NCBI GenBank assembly: GCA_031402435.1
Contig: JANNSJ010000058.1
Coordinates: 65,588-129,587 of the forward strand
Origin: Bacteroidota bacterium
GTDB taxonomy: Bacteria > Bacteroidota > Ignavibacteria > UBA10030 > UBA6906
Direction of reading: 5' to 3'
Length of the DNA stretch: 64,000 bases
Under the pieces are notes generated by a model. That model ran no database searches and had not been told where the DNA came from. It saw only the letters and a list, made by a program, of their open reading frames with translations. Positions 41,386 through 50,344 of the stretch are shown here, piece by piece. Position 1 is the stretch's first letter; every line of letters starts with the position of its first letter. A program made the position numbers and the translations under genes.

Positions 41386-42285
41386 ATGGCAACACTACGT
41401 GAAGTACGCGCCAGAATTTCCGGCGTCAAGAAAACCCAGAAGATCACCAAAGCCATGAAGATGGTGGCGGCGGCGAAGCTGCGGCGTTCACAAAGCAATG
41501 TTGTTGCCGCGCGGCCGTATGCACAAACCATGAAGCACCTGCTGAAACACTTGAGCGCAACAACCGACCTTGCCTCGAACCCGTTTGTCGCGCAACGCGA
41601 GATACGATCAGTTGCTCTTATTGTCGTTACAGCAGACCGCGGATTATGCGGTGCGTTCAATTCAAACCTGATCAAAGCAGCGGCCGGCCACATCAACGCA
41701 AACTACTCCTCGATGCAGGCGGCAGGAAATGTGAAACTCTTCTGCGTCGGCAGGAAAGGATTCGATTTCTTTTCCAAGCGACATTACAAGATCGCGGCCA
41801 AATACATTGGCGTGTATAACAACCTCGTTTTTGGCCAGGCCCAGACGATAGTGCGGGAAGTTGTGCAAGGATATCTCGCCGGTGAATTCGACAAGGTGGA
41901 GATCATCTACAATGAGTTCAAATCCATTGCCAGACAAAAGATTACTATCGAGCAATTCCTCCCCTTGTCATCTACCGGCGATGTATCCACTGAGGAGAAG
42001 AACACCCAGGGCCCCGTCGCTAACTACATCTATGAACCTTCTGCAAGAGAGATCGTGGAAGCATTGGTTCCAAAGCATCTGAACTTTCAACTCTGGCGTG
42101 TCTTGCTTGAGTCTAATGCATCCGAGCAGGGCGCGCGTATGGCGGCAATGGATAACGCTACTGAAAATGCAAACGAGTTGATCTCTTCTCTCCAGCTTGT
42201 CTACAACAAAGCCCGTCAGGCATCTATTACCAAGGAACTGTTGGAAATTGTTGCCGGTGCAGAAGCACTGAAGAAAGCCGGTTGA
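41386..42285 (+). CDS. atpG: F0F1 ATP synthase subunit gamma
   Basis: 299 aa. N-terminus MATLREVRARISGVKKTQKITKAMKMVAAAKLRR is the canonical gamma start. C-terminal conserved LQLVYNKARQASIT. Confidence 0.9.
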   Translation: MATLREVRARISGVKKTQKITKAMKMVAAAKLRRSQSNVVAARPYAQTMKHLLKHLSATTDLASNPFVAQREIRSVALIVVTADRGLCGAFNSNLIKAAAGHINANYSSMQAAGNVKLFCVGRKGFDFFSKRHYKIAAKYIGVYNNLVFGQAQTIVREVVQGYLAGEFDKVEIIYNEFKSIARQKITIEQFLPLSSTGDVSTEEKNTQGPVANYIYEPSAREIVEALVPKHLNFQLWRVLLESNASEQGARMAAMDNATENANELISSLQLVYNKARQASITKELLEIVAGAEALKKAG

Positions 42286-42307
42286 TCGGTTCGAAGTTGG
42301 TGAATAA

Positions 42308-42341
42308 ACACCGTCGGACGCTTGAATCCGGCGGTGTTTTC
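42308..42341 (+). terminator. Rho-independent terminator candidate downstream of atpG
   Basis: 10-bp stem acaccgtcgg/ccggcggtgt (one G-U pair) with a 10-nt loop, followed by TTTT(c)ACATTT. Located 23 nt after the atpG stop. Confidence 0.5.
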
Positions 42342-42452
42342 ACATTTGAGAGGGGCAAAGTTTGTTGCTTTCGTAAGGGGTTTTCCGTACCTTCATACCC
42401 CCTGCTGGCGGGAGAAATGTGCGGAATTTCAATTTTTTGCCCGAACTGAGTA

Positions 42453-43787
42453 ATGTTTGAAGATCTAAGCCAAAAGCTTGAAGGCGTATTCAAGCGATTG
42501 CGGGGTCAGGGAAAGATCTCGGAAACAAACGTTGCCGAGACGCTTCGTGAAGTTCGGCGCGTCCTTCTTGATGCTGACGTCAACTATAAAGTAGCAAAAC
42601 AATTCGTTGAGGATGTACAGAAGCGGGCGGTCGGACAGGATGTTATTCAGAGCATCACCCCCGGACAACTCATCGTCAAGATTATTTATGATGAGTTGAT
42701 CAAACTGCTCGGCAGCGCGAAAGTTGAAATTTCGTTTTCGTCCATGCCGCCGTCAGTCATCATGGTGGCTGGGCTTCAGGGTTCGGGCAAGACGACGTTT
42801 TGTGCGAAGCTTGCCAATCACTTGAAGTCGCAGGGCAGGCATCCGTTGCTTGCTGCCGCGGATGTGTATCGTCCCGCTGCCATCGACCAGTTGATTACGC
42901 TCGGCGCGCAGATTGATATTCCTGTGTATTCCAATCGTGAGGCCGGTGCCGTTGCAATCGCAGAGCAGGCGGTTGATCACGCAAAGAAGAATGCTCGCGA
43001 CGTCGTTATCATCGACACTGCAGGCCGTCTTCATGTTGATGAAGAGATGATGAAGGAAGTCGAGGCAATCAAAGCCTCGGTCCACCCGCAGGAAATTCTG
43101 TTCGTGGTGGATGCAATGACCGGCCAGGATGCCGTGAACACAGCGAAGGCTTTTAACGACCGTCTGAACTTCGACGGCGCTGTGTTGACGAAGATGGATG
43201 GTGATGCCCGTGGCGGTGCCGCGATCTCGTTGCGCGCAACGGTTGGCAAGCCGATTAAGTTTATCAGCGTTGGCGAGAAGCTTGACGCTCTCGAGAAGTT
43301 TCATCCCGAACGTCTTGCTTCGCGTATTCTGGGCTACGGTGATATCGTCACGCTCGTGGAAAAGGCCCAGGAGCACTTCGATGAAGAGAAGGCGGTCAAG
43401 CTCGAGCAGAAGATCCGCAAGTCGCAGTTCACGCTTGAAGACTTCCTTGACCAACTCCAGGAAGTGAAGAAGATGGGACCGCTCAGCCAAGTGATGGGAA
43501 TGTTGCCGGGAATGAACAAAGTTCCACAGGATGCAATCCCGGATGACAAGGCGTTGGTGAAGATTGAAGCGATGATTCAATCGATGACAATCGAGGAACG
43601 GCAAAAGCCACAGGTGATCAACGGCAGCAGGCGCAAGCGCATTGCCATGGGAAGCGGAAGCACAGTGCAGGATCTTAACAAGCTGATGAAGCAATTTGAA
43701 CAGATGCAAAAAATGATGAAATCGATGGGCAAAGGGGTCGGCATGAACAAACTCATGCGCGGACGAAGAATGCCTGCAGGTTTTTAG
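42453..43787 (+). CDS. ffh: Signal recognition particle protein Ffh
   Basis: 444 aa. N domain, then the G domain (GLQGSGKTT, DTAGR, TKMDGDARGG), then a Met-rich M domain (MGMLPGMNK...MQKMMKSMGKG). Confidence 0.95.
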   Translation: MFEDLSQKLEGVFKRLRGQGKISETNVAETLREVRRVLLDADVNYKVAKQFVEDVQKRAVGQDVIQSITPGQLIVKIIYDELIKLLGSAKVEISFSSMPPSVIMVAGLQGSGKTTFCAKLANHLKSQGRHPLLAAADVYRPAAIDQLITLGAQIDIPVYSNREAGAVAIAEQAVDHAKKNARDVVIIDTAGRLHVDEEMMKEVEAIKASVHPQEILFVVDAMTGQDAVNTAKAFNDRLNFDGAVLTKMDGDARGGAAISLRATVGKPIKFISVGEKLDALEKFHPERLASRILGYGDIVTLVEKAQEHFDEEKAVKLEQKIRKSQFTLEDFLDQLQEVKKMGPLSQVMGMLPGMNKVPQDAIPDDKALVKIEAMIQSMTIEERQKPQVINGSRRKRIAMGSGSTVQDLNKLMKQFEQMQKMMKSMGKGVGMNKLMRGRRMPAGF

Positions 43788-43834
43788 CGAATGTGTAAAC
43801 AACACTCAACAGTACATATCTAAGGAGAAACAGC

Positions 43835-44299
43835 GTGGCAGTACGAATAAGACTACGCCGGGTCGGCAAAAAGAAAATGCCGGTCTATCATATCGTCGTT
43901 GCAGATTCGCGCGCAGCGCGCACGGGTAAGTTCCTCGAAATCGTTGGCCGGTACGATCCATTGCAGCATCCTCTGCAGGTTTCAACAAAAGAGGAGCGGG
44001 TGTTCTACTGGTTGAAAGTAGGAGCGTTGCCAACGGACACCGTGCGCAGCCTTCTGCAGAGAACCGGACTTTGGCTGAAGTGGGGTATGATGAAGAAGGG
44101 TGCCGATGAAACGGCGATCGCTGCTGCCGTGGAGAAATGGCAGATGGGTCAGGTCGAGAAGCGCCAGCGGGACGACGCTCGCAAGGCACGACGCGTGGCT
44201 GCCCGCAAGGCAAAGAAGTCTGCCAGCGCTGAAGCAGCAGCTCCTGCACCCGCAGCTGCTCCGGCTCCCGCACCTGCCGAAGCAAAAGCCGAGGCATAA
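43835..44299 (+). CDS. rpsP: 30S ribosomal protein S16 with extended Ala/Pro/Lys-rich C-terminal tail
   Basis: GTG start with AAGGAGA 7 nt upstream. N-terminus AVRIRLRRVGKKKMPVYHIVVADSRAARTGKFLEIVGRYDP is canonical S16. The C-terminal approx 60 aa are low-complexity (AAPAPAAAPAPAPAEAKAEA). Confidence 0.9.
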   Translation: MAVRIRLRRVGKKKMPVYHIVVADSRAARTGKFLEIVGRYDPLQHPLQVSTKEERVFYWLKVGALPTDTVRSLLQRTGLWLKWGMMKKGADETAIAAAVEKWQMGQVEKRQRDDARKARRVAARKAKKSASAEAAAPAPAAAPAPAPAEAKAEA

Positions 44300-44302
44300 C
44301 AA

Positions 44303-44818
44303 CTGGGCAAGCAGCCTCTCTATGCCATCGGAAAAGTTGCCAAGGCATTTGGGATAAAAGGAGAAGTCGTCGTCCTGTTGATGACCGAGGCGCCGGAACG
44401 GTTCAAGAAACTCAAACACGTTCATCTCGGTAAACGGTCGGACAACACAAGGACGATGACGGTCGAATACGTACACGTGGAATCGAGGGGTGTACGTTTG
44501 AAGTTTGTCGAAACACCCGATAGGACAAGCGCCGAAACCGTGGTTGGCTCCCTGCTTTTCGTGGAAGAAGATCAGCGGATCAAGCCGAAAAAGGGAACGC
44601 ACTTTATCCACGATGTGGTCGGACTTCGGGTGGTCGATGAGAACAATAACGAAGTTGGCATGGTCAAGGATGTGCTTCAATATCCGGGTCACGACCTCTA
44701 CGTGATTGAACATGATGGACGTGAATGGATGATCCCCGCCGTCAAGGAATTTGTTACTTCGATTGATGTTTCAGCGAGAACGATGAAGGTACGGTTGATA
44801 GAAGGGTTGATGGAGTGA
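44303..44818 (+). CDS. rimM: Ribosome maturation factor RimM (start codon uncertain)
   Basis: RimM N-domain motif AIGKVAKAFGIKGEVVVLL and the PRC-barrel C-domain (IHDVVGLRVVDENNNEVGMVKDVL). The conserved N-terminal motif is encoded upstream of the first in-frame ATG/TTG (44378/44381). The frame is open from the rpsP stop, and the only candidate is CTG at 44303. Confidence 0.6.
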   Translation: MGKQPLYAIGKVAKAFGIKGEVVVLLMTEAPERFKKLKHVHLGKRSDNTRTMTVEYVHVESRGVRLKFVETPDRTSAETVVGSLLFVEEDQRIKPKKGTHFIHDVVGLRVVDENNNEVGMVKDVLQYPGHDLYVIEHDGREWMIPAVKEFVTSIDVSARTMKVRLIEGLME

Positions 44819-44820
44819 TG

Positions 44821-45501
44821 ATGAGGATTGATGTCGTCACAGGATTACCGAAGATACTCACAAGCCCGTTGAATGAGAGTATCATCAAGCGTGCGCAGGA
44901 AAACAAGCTTGTGGAGATTGTTGTTCATGATCTCCGTGACTACACCACGGACAAGCATCGCACGATTGATGACACTCCCTTCGGGGGCGGTGCCGGAATG
45001 ATCCTGAAGCCCGAGCCGGTGTTCTCATGCGTCGATACACTCCGTGAGCAGAGACAGTATGACGAAGTCATCTACCTTACTGCAGACGGAGAGCGCCTGA
45101 CACAACGGATTGCAAACGAGCTTTCTCTTAAAACGAATTTGCTTCTGCTGTGCGGGCACTACAAAGGAGTTGACGAACGGATTCGAGAGTCACTCGTGAC
45201 GCGTGAGATTTCCATCGGCGACTATGTATTGACGGGTGGTGAGTTGCCGGCACTTGTGCTCATGGATGCCGTGATCAGGTTGATTCCCGGCGCGGTGGGC
45301 GATGGTGAATCGCTGCTTACAGACTCGTTTCAAGGGAATATGCTCGACGCTCCGCACTATACACGACCCGCGGAATTCAGGGGAATGAAAGTACCGGATG
45401 TACTGTTATCAGGGAACCACGGCGATATTGCAACATGGCGGGAAGAGCAATCGCTCAAACGCACGCAGGAACGACGCAACGATCTAATTGAACATTCATA
45501 A
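44821..45501 (+). CDS. trmD: tRNA (guanine37-N1)-methyltransferase
   Basis: [14 protein letters not shown]-terminus and SPOUT-knot motifs ([38 protein letters not shown]). Alternative in-frame starts at 44815 (GTG) and 44818 (ATG). Confidence 0.9.
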   Translation: MRIDVVTGLPKILTSPLNESIIKRAQENKLVEIVVHDLRDYTTDKHRTIDDTPFGGGAGMILKPEPVFSCVDTLREQRQYDEVIYLTADGERLTQRIANELSLKTNLLLLCGHYKGVDERIRESLVTREISIGDYVLTGGELPALVLMDAVIRLIPGAVGDGESLLTDSFQGNMLDAPHYTRPAEFRGMKVPDVLLSGNHGDIATWREEQSLKRTQERRNDLIEHS

Positions 45502-45524
45502 ACATTGTAGCACTGGAGAATCAT

Positions 45525-45866
45525 ATGGAACAGATCAAGCTTGTCGATGCAGCACAAATGAGAAGCGACATCCCGGCGTTTTCCCCCGGTGACACAATCA
45601 ATGTTCACGTCCGCGTTGTGGAAGGGGACAAGGAACGTATCCAGCAATTCCAGGGTGTGGTCATTGGCCGCCACGGATCAGGCATGAACGCGACCTTCAC
45701 TGTCCGCAAAGTATCCGACGGCGTTGGCGTGGAGCGCATCTTTCCGTTGCACTCACCCCGTCTCGCAAAAATCGAGAGAGTGAAAGAAGGATCAGTGCGG
45801 CGCGCAAAACTGTACTATCTCCGCAATCTGGCCTCGAAACAGATTCGCCAGAAGACGACCGCCTGA
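45525..45866 (+). CDS. rplS: 50S ribosomal protein L19
   Basis: 113 aa. [29 protein letters not shown] and RRAKLYYLR are canonical L19. Confidence 0.9.
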   Translation: MEQIKLVDAAQMRSDIPAFSPGDTINVHVRVVEGDKERIQQFQGVVIGRHGSGMNATFTVRKVSDGVGVERIFPLHSPRLAKIERVKEGSVRRAKLYYLRNLASKQIRQKTTA

Positions 45867-45993
45867 CGAGCTGTTGCTGCTCATCTACTTAACAACGTAG
45901 ACTGGAACTGCTCCAGCGTAAGCAGAAGAAATCACACCATGAAGGCTGTCGGTATCGAAGAGATGCCGCCAGCCTTCGTACTTTCGAGAGACA

Positions 45994-46833
45994 ATGAACA
46001 CACGCAAACGTTTAGGATTGAACGCGGAGATATGCTGTGCGCCCGTATTTCGCGGACTGCGTGACAGAGTGGAGTTCGAATGCATAACGGATGTTGTAGC
46101 GCAGAACGCAATCAAGATGCGCGAGCATGACCTTGAGGCCGCATTTCTTTCGCCAGTTGATTATGCGCGTGAAAGCTCAGACTACCATATCATCCCGAAC
46201 GTTGCAGTCTCTTCCCGAATGCCGAGCAATACGATTGTCCTTCATTTCAAAGAAGGACTGAAGAGCATCAACACGCTCGCTGTTCATCCCACATCAACAT
46301 CGGAGATTGTTCTCGCTTCGATTCTCCTCGGAGAGCAGTTTGACGTGCGGCCGACAATCGTTCCTGCAATGGGCTCGCTCGATCAGATGCTTCGATCGGC
46401 AGATGCCGCACTTCTCGTGGGCAATGCAGCGTTGAAGCACGCGCATGTCAGCGAGAACAGGATTGATCTTGTGGAAGAATGGCACGACATGACCGACCTG
46501 CCCTATGTCCATGGATTTTGGTGCGTGCGTGAAGCAGGAATGACGAAGCCCGACATTCTGGCGATACAGGAAGCATGCGACACGGGCGTAAGTGTCATAA
46601 AAGACATTGCGCAGGCTGAAGCGGCAAACATTGCCCCGCTCTTCTCTTCCGATTCGCTGAAGCAGTATCTTGAACATTTCTCCTATCTCTTCTCTGACGA
46701 AGAACAGGATGCGGTGATGGAATTTCTCCGCTATGCGTTCTACCACGGCATCCTGCCGGATGTTGCCGATCTCCATTTCTATCCGGTTGATGATGAAGAT
46801 GGAACCCCACTTCCCGACCCCTCTCTCAATTAG
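45994..46833 (+). CDS. MqnA/MqnD-family protein (futalosine-pathway menaquinone biosynthesis, SBP-like fold), putative
   Basis: N-terminus RLGLNAEICCAPVFRGL follows the RLG...N..P....L pattern of PF02621. SPVDYARE...YHIIPNVAVSS matches the mid-protein conserved block. Confidence 0.5.
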   Translation: MNTRKRLGLNAEICCAPVFRGLRDRVEFECITDVVAQNAIKMREHDLEAAFLSPVDYARESSDYHIIPNVAVSSRMPSNTIVLHFKEGLKSINTLAVHPTSTSEIVLASILLGEQFDVRPTIVPAMGSLDQMLRSADAALLVGNAALKHAHVSENRIDLVEEWHDMTDLPYVHGFWCVREAGMTKPDILAIQEACDTGVSVIKDIAQAEAANIAPLFSSDSLKQYLEHFSYLFSDEEQDAVMEFLRYAFYHGILPDVADLHFYPVDDEDGTPLPDPSLN

Positions 46834-46853
46834 CTCTTGTACGTTCAGAAGTA

Positions 46854-46875
46854 GGTCAGGCATTCCTGCCTGACC
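46854..46875 (+). promoter_or_regulatory. Perfect 9-bp inverted repeat (ggtcaggca-ttcc-tgcctgacc) in the recN upstream region
   Basis: Seen directly in the sequence, 78 nt upstream of the recN ATG. It is followed about 20 nt later by TATAAT (46896..46901) and has no T-run, so it is a possible operator or structured 5' element rather than an intrinsic terminator. Confidence 0.25.
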
Positions 46876-46952
46876 GCTGAGCATCGTCGTATAATTGAAT
46901 CTTATACAAAAGATGGGTAGATTAGTCCAAATCCAACCGTATTACTTCCATC

Positions 46953-48659
46953 ATGATCAAATCCCTCTTCATAAAAAATTATGCGCTGATTGAAGAGCTC
47001 TCCGTTGAGTTCTCCAACGGGCTTGTCATTATTACGGGGGAAACCGGAGCAGGCAAGTCGATTATCATCGATGCGTTGGGATTGATTATCGGTATGCGTG
47101 CAAGTGCGGATGTTGTTCGGGCAGGCAGCGACAAGGCAATCGTTGAAGGCGTGTTCGCTATTGCCGGGAACAGGAAAGTCAAAGCCCTTCTCAATGAAAA
47201 TGAACTTGACACTGTTGATGACCTGATTATCCGCAGAGAAATCTCGGCAAAGGGACAGAGCCGGTGCTTTGTCAATGATACTCCCATTACGATTGGTTTG
47301 CAGAAACAGATAGGCGAACTCCTCGTTGACCTCCACGGTCAGCACGAACACCAATCACTATTGCGTCGCGAGACACATGTTGAGATGCTCGATGACTTTG
47401 GTGGACTTGCAGGCTTGGTTGAGGAATTCCATTCGACATTCAAAAGGCTCGGTGATGCATCAAGCCAAATGGAGGAGATGCGCGCCCGTGAAGAACGTTT
47501 GAGAGAGAAGCGGGAGTTCTACCAGTTCCAGATACAGGAGATTGATGCCGTTGCTCCACTTGCCGGAGAAGAAGAGCAGCTCGAAGCGGAACTGAAGATT
47601 CTTGAGAACGCGGAAACACTCTACACCGCCACGGGCAAGATCTATGAGATGTTGTATGAAGGCGAGCAGTCCATTCACGATCTGCTCGTGCTGGTGCGGA
47701 ATCAGATTCACGATCTTGCTGCAATTGACAAGCAGTTCGAATCGGGAGCGAAGGAAAGCGAATCGGCGGTGGCGATTATCAGTGAGCTGGCGAAGTTCAC
47801 ACAAGGTTACAACGCAAAGATCGAGTTCAATCCCGAGAGGCTTGAAGCAATCAGGCAGCGACTTGCCCGCCTCACACAACTGAAACGCAAGTATGGTGGC
47901 TCTCTCGACAGCGTAATCGCTCATCGTGAGAAGATCGGTCAGGAGGTTGCACTTGCCGAGAACTTCGATGAAGTGATTGCGAAGCTCGTTGCCGAAGTTG
48001 AGTCTGCCCGTACAGAATGCGCAACGCTCGCCCAGCGATTGACGACGAAGCGCCGAGAGACGGCAAAGAAGATCGACAAAGGAATCGTTGCCGAGTTGGT
48101 AAAGCTTGGCATTCACAACGCAACCTTTGCAACGCAGATCAATCAGGTGGAGATGGAGAACGGCTCGGAACCGTTCATCCTGCAGGGCAAGAAACACATT
48201 GCGCTCAACTCCCGAGGTTGCGATGACGTGGAGTTCCTGATTTCAACGAATATGGGTGAGGATGTAAAGCCGTTGGTGAAAGTCGCTTCCGGCGGCGAAG
48301 TCTCGCGCATTATGCTTGCACTCAAGAGCATCCTTGCAAAGTCGGACAGGCTGCCGGTGTTGATTTTTGATGAAATTGACGTGGGCGTAAGCGGACGTGT
48401 GGCGCAGGCTGTTGGACTGAGCCTGAAGAGCCTCTCATCGTTCCACCAGGTTGTTGCCATTACGCATCTTCCGCAGATCGCCGGACTGGCAGACACACAC
48501 TTTGCAGTATCCAAGGCCGAAGATGGCAAACGCACCAAGACCACCATGCGCAAGCTCTCACTCGATGAGCGCGTACGAGAAGTTGCCAAGTTGATGAGCG
48601 GAGCGGAAGTAACGGAGGCGGGAATGGTTGGAGCAAAAGAATTGATGGGGATGAAGTGA
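46953..48659 (+). CDS. recN: DNA repair protein RecN
   Basis: 568 aa. N-terminal Walker A ITGETGAGKSIIIDAL, a long coiled-coil, and a C-terminal signature/Walker B region (SGGEVSRIMLAL...LIFDEIDVGVSG). Confidence 0.9.
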   Translation: MIKSLFIKNYALIEELSVEFSNGLVIITGETGAGKSIIIDALGLIIGMRASADVVRAGSDKAIVEGVFAIAGNRKVKALLNENELDTVDDLIIRREISAKGQSRCFVNDTPITIGLQKQIGELLVDLHGQHEHQSLLRRETHVEMLDDFGGLAGLVEEFHSTFKRLGDASSQMEEMRAREERLREKREFYQFQIQEIDAVAPLAGEEEQLEAELKILENAETLYTATGKIYEMLYEGEQSIHDLLVLVRNQIHDLAAIDKQFESGAKESESAVAIISELAKFTQGYNAKIEFNPERLEAIRQRLARLTQLKRKYGGSLDSVIAHREKIGQEVALAENFDEVIAKLVAEVESARTECATLAQRLTTKRRETAKKIDKGIVAELVKLGIHNATFATQINQVEMENGSEPFILQGKKHIALNSRGCDDVEFLISTNMGEDVKPLVKVASGGEVSRIMLALKSILAKSDRLPVLIFDEIDVGVSGRVAQAVGLSLKSLSSFHQVVAITHLPQIAGLADTHFAVSKAEDGKRTKTTMRKLSLDERVREVAKLMSGAEVTEAGMVGAKELMGMK

Positions 48660-50344
48660 AAAAGACAATTAAGAAATCTCCTAAGAGGAAGTCAGCCAAG
48701 CCCAAGGGTAAGAAAGTAACGTACTCTAAAGCACGCGCCGTAAAGCGTCTGGTCAAAGAAAATCAAGACTTCATGACCTTCAAAGAGGCAAGCGAATGGG
48801 CGACCAATCACCTAAAGAAGAGCGTTACGACTTCCAACATCTCCTACTTAGTTCAATACGGACGAGTCAAGAAGTATGGAGAAAACGGTACAACAAGAAT
48901 ACGAAAGGCTGATCTTGTAAAATACTATGAATCCTACAACGGTCGGCGAGAGGTTTCCTGGAAGAAACAGCTAGGCGGCGACTTGAACTGGCAGCTCTCG
49001 TTTGATCAGGTAAGGGAAATAGAAACAACAAAACATGTCCATCGATTGCACCCGTATAAGGGAAAATTTATACCTCAACTCGTTGAGTACTTCCTTGATG
49101 ACCACATAGACTCTTTCAAGAAGGAAACCTATTTTTCAAAGGGCGATATAGTCCTTGATCCGTTTTGTGGTAGCGGAACTACTCTTGTTCAAAGTTCTGA
49201 ACTCGGACTTCATGCAATCGGAATAGATGTTTCAGAGTTTAATGCTCTGATAACAAATGTCAAAATTGGAAAGCATGACCTCTCCTTACTTCGGGACAGC
49301 ATTAATACGATAACTGAATCCTTGAAGAAATTGTTGTCTAGCAGTCATTCTGTTCAGTTCGAAAGTAGATTACTTGAAGAGTTATACAAGTTCAACAATC
49401 TGCACTTTCCAGTTCCTGGGTACAAATACAAGGTGAAGCGCAGAGAGATTGACGAGGACAAGTATGGCAACGAGAAGGCGAACAAATTCTTACCAATCTT
49501 TACGAAGCTTGTAAAAGAGTATAAGATTGCGCTCAGACAGGATCACCCATCGCAGACCTTCTTGGAGAAGTGGTATTCGGAACACGTTTTGAGCGAAATT
49601 GGCCACGTGTTCGAAGAAATTAAGAGAGTAAAGGAAAAGGGGACGCAAGATGTTCTACGAATCATACTTAGTAGAACAATTCGTTCCTGTCGTGCCACTA
49701 CACACTCTGATCTCGCTACCCTCTTAGAACCGGTAACTTCAACATATTATTGTACAAAGCACGGAAAGATATGCAAGCCACTATTCTCTATCCTGAAATG
49801 GTGGGAGTTTTATTCTCAGGATACTATCAAGAGGCTGGATGCTTTTGATAAGCTGAGGACTCTCACCCATCAACTCTGTCTTACTGGCGACAGTCGAACA
49901 ATGGATATAGCAAGCGAGCTCGAATCAATTTCTCCCCAGATGGCTGAGATGGTACAGGAAAAGAAGATAGATGGGATTTTTTCGAGTCCCCCGTATGTTG
50001 GCTTGATTGACTATCATGAACAGCACGCTTACGCGTACGATTTGTTCCAGTTTGAACGGAGAGATGAACTAGAAATCGGCAGGATGTATCGCGGCCAAGG
50101 AAAGGAAGCAAGAGACTCCTATGCCAAGGGGGTTTCTGATGTTCTAAACAACTGCAAGCGCTTCCTTGCTAAGGATTACGATGTTTTTCTCGTTGCCAAC
50201 GATAGGTTTAATCTGTACCCAGGTATTGCTGCGATGAGTGGAATGCAAATCGTAAATCAATTCAAACGACCAGTTTTGAATAGAACAGAGAAGGACAAAG
50301 GAGCATATTCCGAGATCATCTTTCATTTGAAGTCTGAGTCATAA
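48656..50344 (+). CDS. DNA methyltransferase (N6-adenine/N4-cytosine; alpha-like motif order) with Lys-rich N-terminal extension; low-GC island
   Basis: GTG start overlapping the recN stop (GTGA). Motif X-like HPYKGKFIPQLVEYFL, motif I LDPFCGSGTT, motif IV SSPPY about 280 aa later, and a post-IV block FLAKDYDVFLVAND. This is a paralogue of the methylase half of 24914..27181. Local GC is about 40% against about 53% in the flanks. Confidence 0.7.
   Translation: MKKTIKKSPKRKSAKPKGKKVTYSKARAVKRLVKENQDFMTFKEASEWATNHLKKSVTTSNISYLVQYGRVKKYGENGTTRIRKADLVKYYESYNGRREVSWKKQLGGDLNWQLSFDQVREIETTKHVHRLHPYKGKFIPQLVEYFLDDHIDSFKKETYFSKGDIVLDPFCGSGTTLVQSSELGLHAIGIDVSEFNALITNVKIGKHDLSLLRDSINTITESLKKLLSSSHSVQFESRLLEELYKFNNLHFPVPGYKYKVKRREIDEDKYGNEKANKFLPIFTKLVKEYKIALRQDHPSQTFLEKWYSEHVLSEIGHVFEEIKRVKEKGTQDVLRIILSRTIRSCRATTHSDLATLLEPVTSTYYCTKHGKICKPLFSILKWWEFYSQDTIKRLDAFDKLRTLTHQLCLTGDSRTMDIASELESISPQMAEMVQEKKIDGIFSSPPYVGLIDYHEQHAYAYDLFQFERRDELEIGRMYRGQGKEARDSYAKGVSDVLNNCKRFLAKDYDVFLVANDRFNLYPGIAAMSGMQIVNQFKRPVLNRTEKDKGAYSEIIFHLKSES

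Noticed and set aside
42286-42300. GGTTCGAAG motif resembling a tRNA T-loop just after atpG
   Set aside because: No acceptor or anticodon stems can be built around it. The flanking sequence instead forms the terminator hairpin at 42308..42341, so it is not a tRNA.
42753-43805. 350-aa minus-strand ORF antisense to ffh
   Set aside because: It is fully contained within the ffh coding region, and its product (His/Leu/Arg-rich) has no family resemblance. The ffh assignment is unambiguous.
47460-48197. 245-aa minus-strand ORF antisense to recN
   Set aside because: It is contained within recN. This is a shadow ORF with a Leu/Phe-rich product and no homology features.
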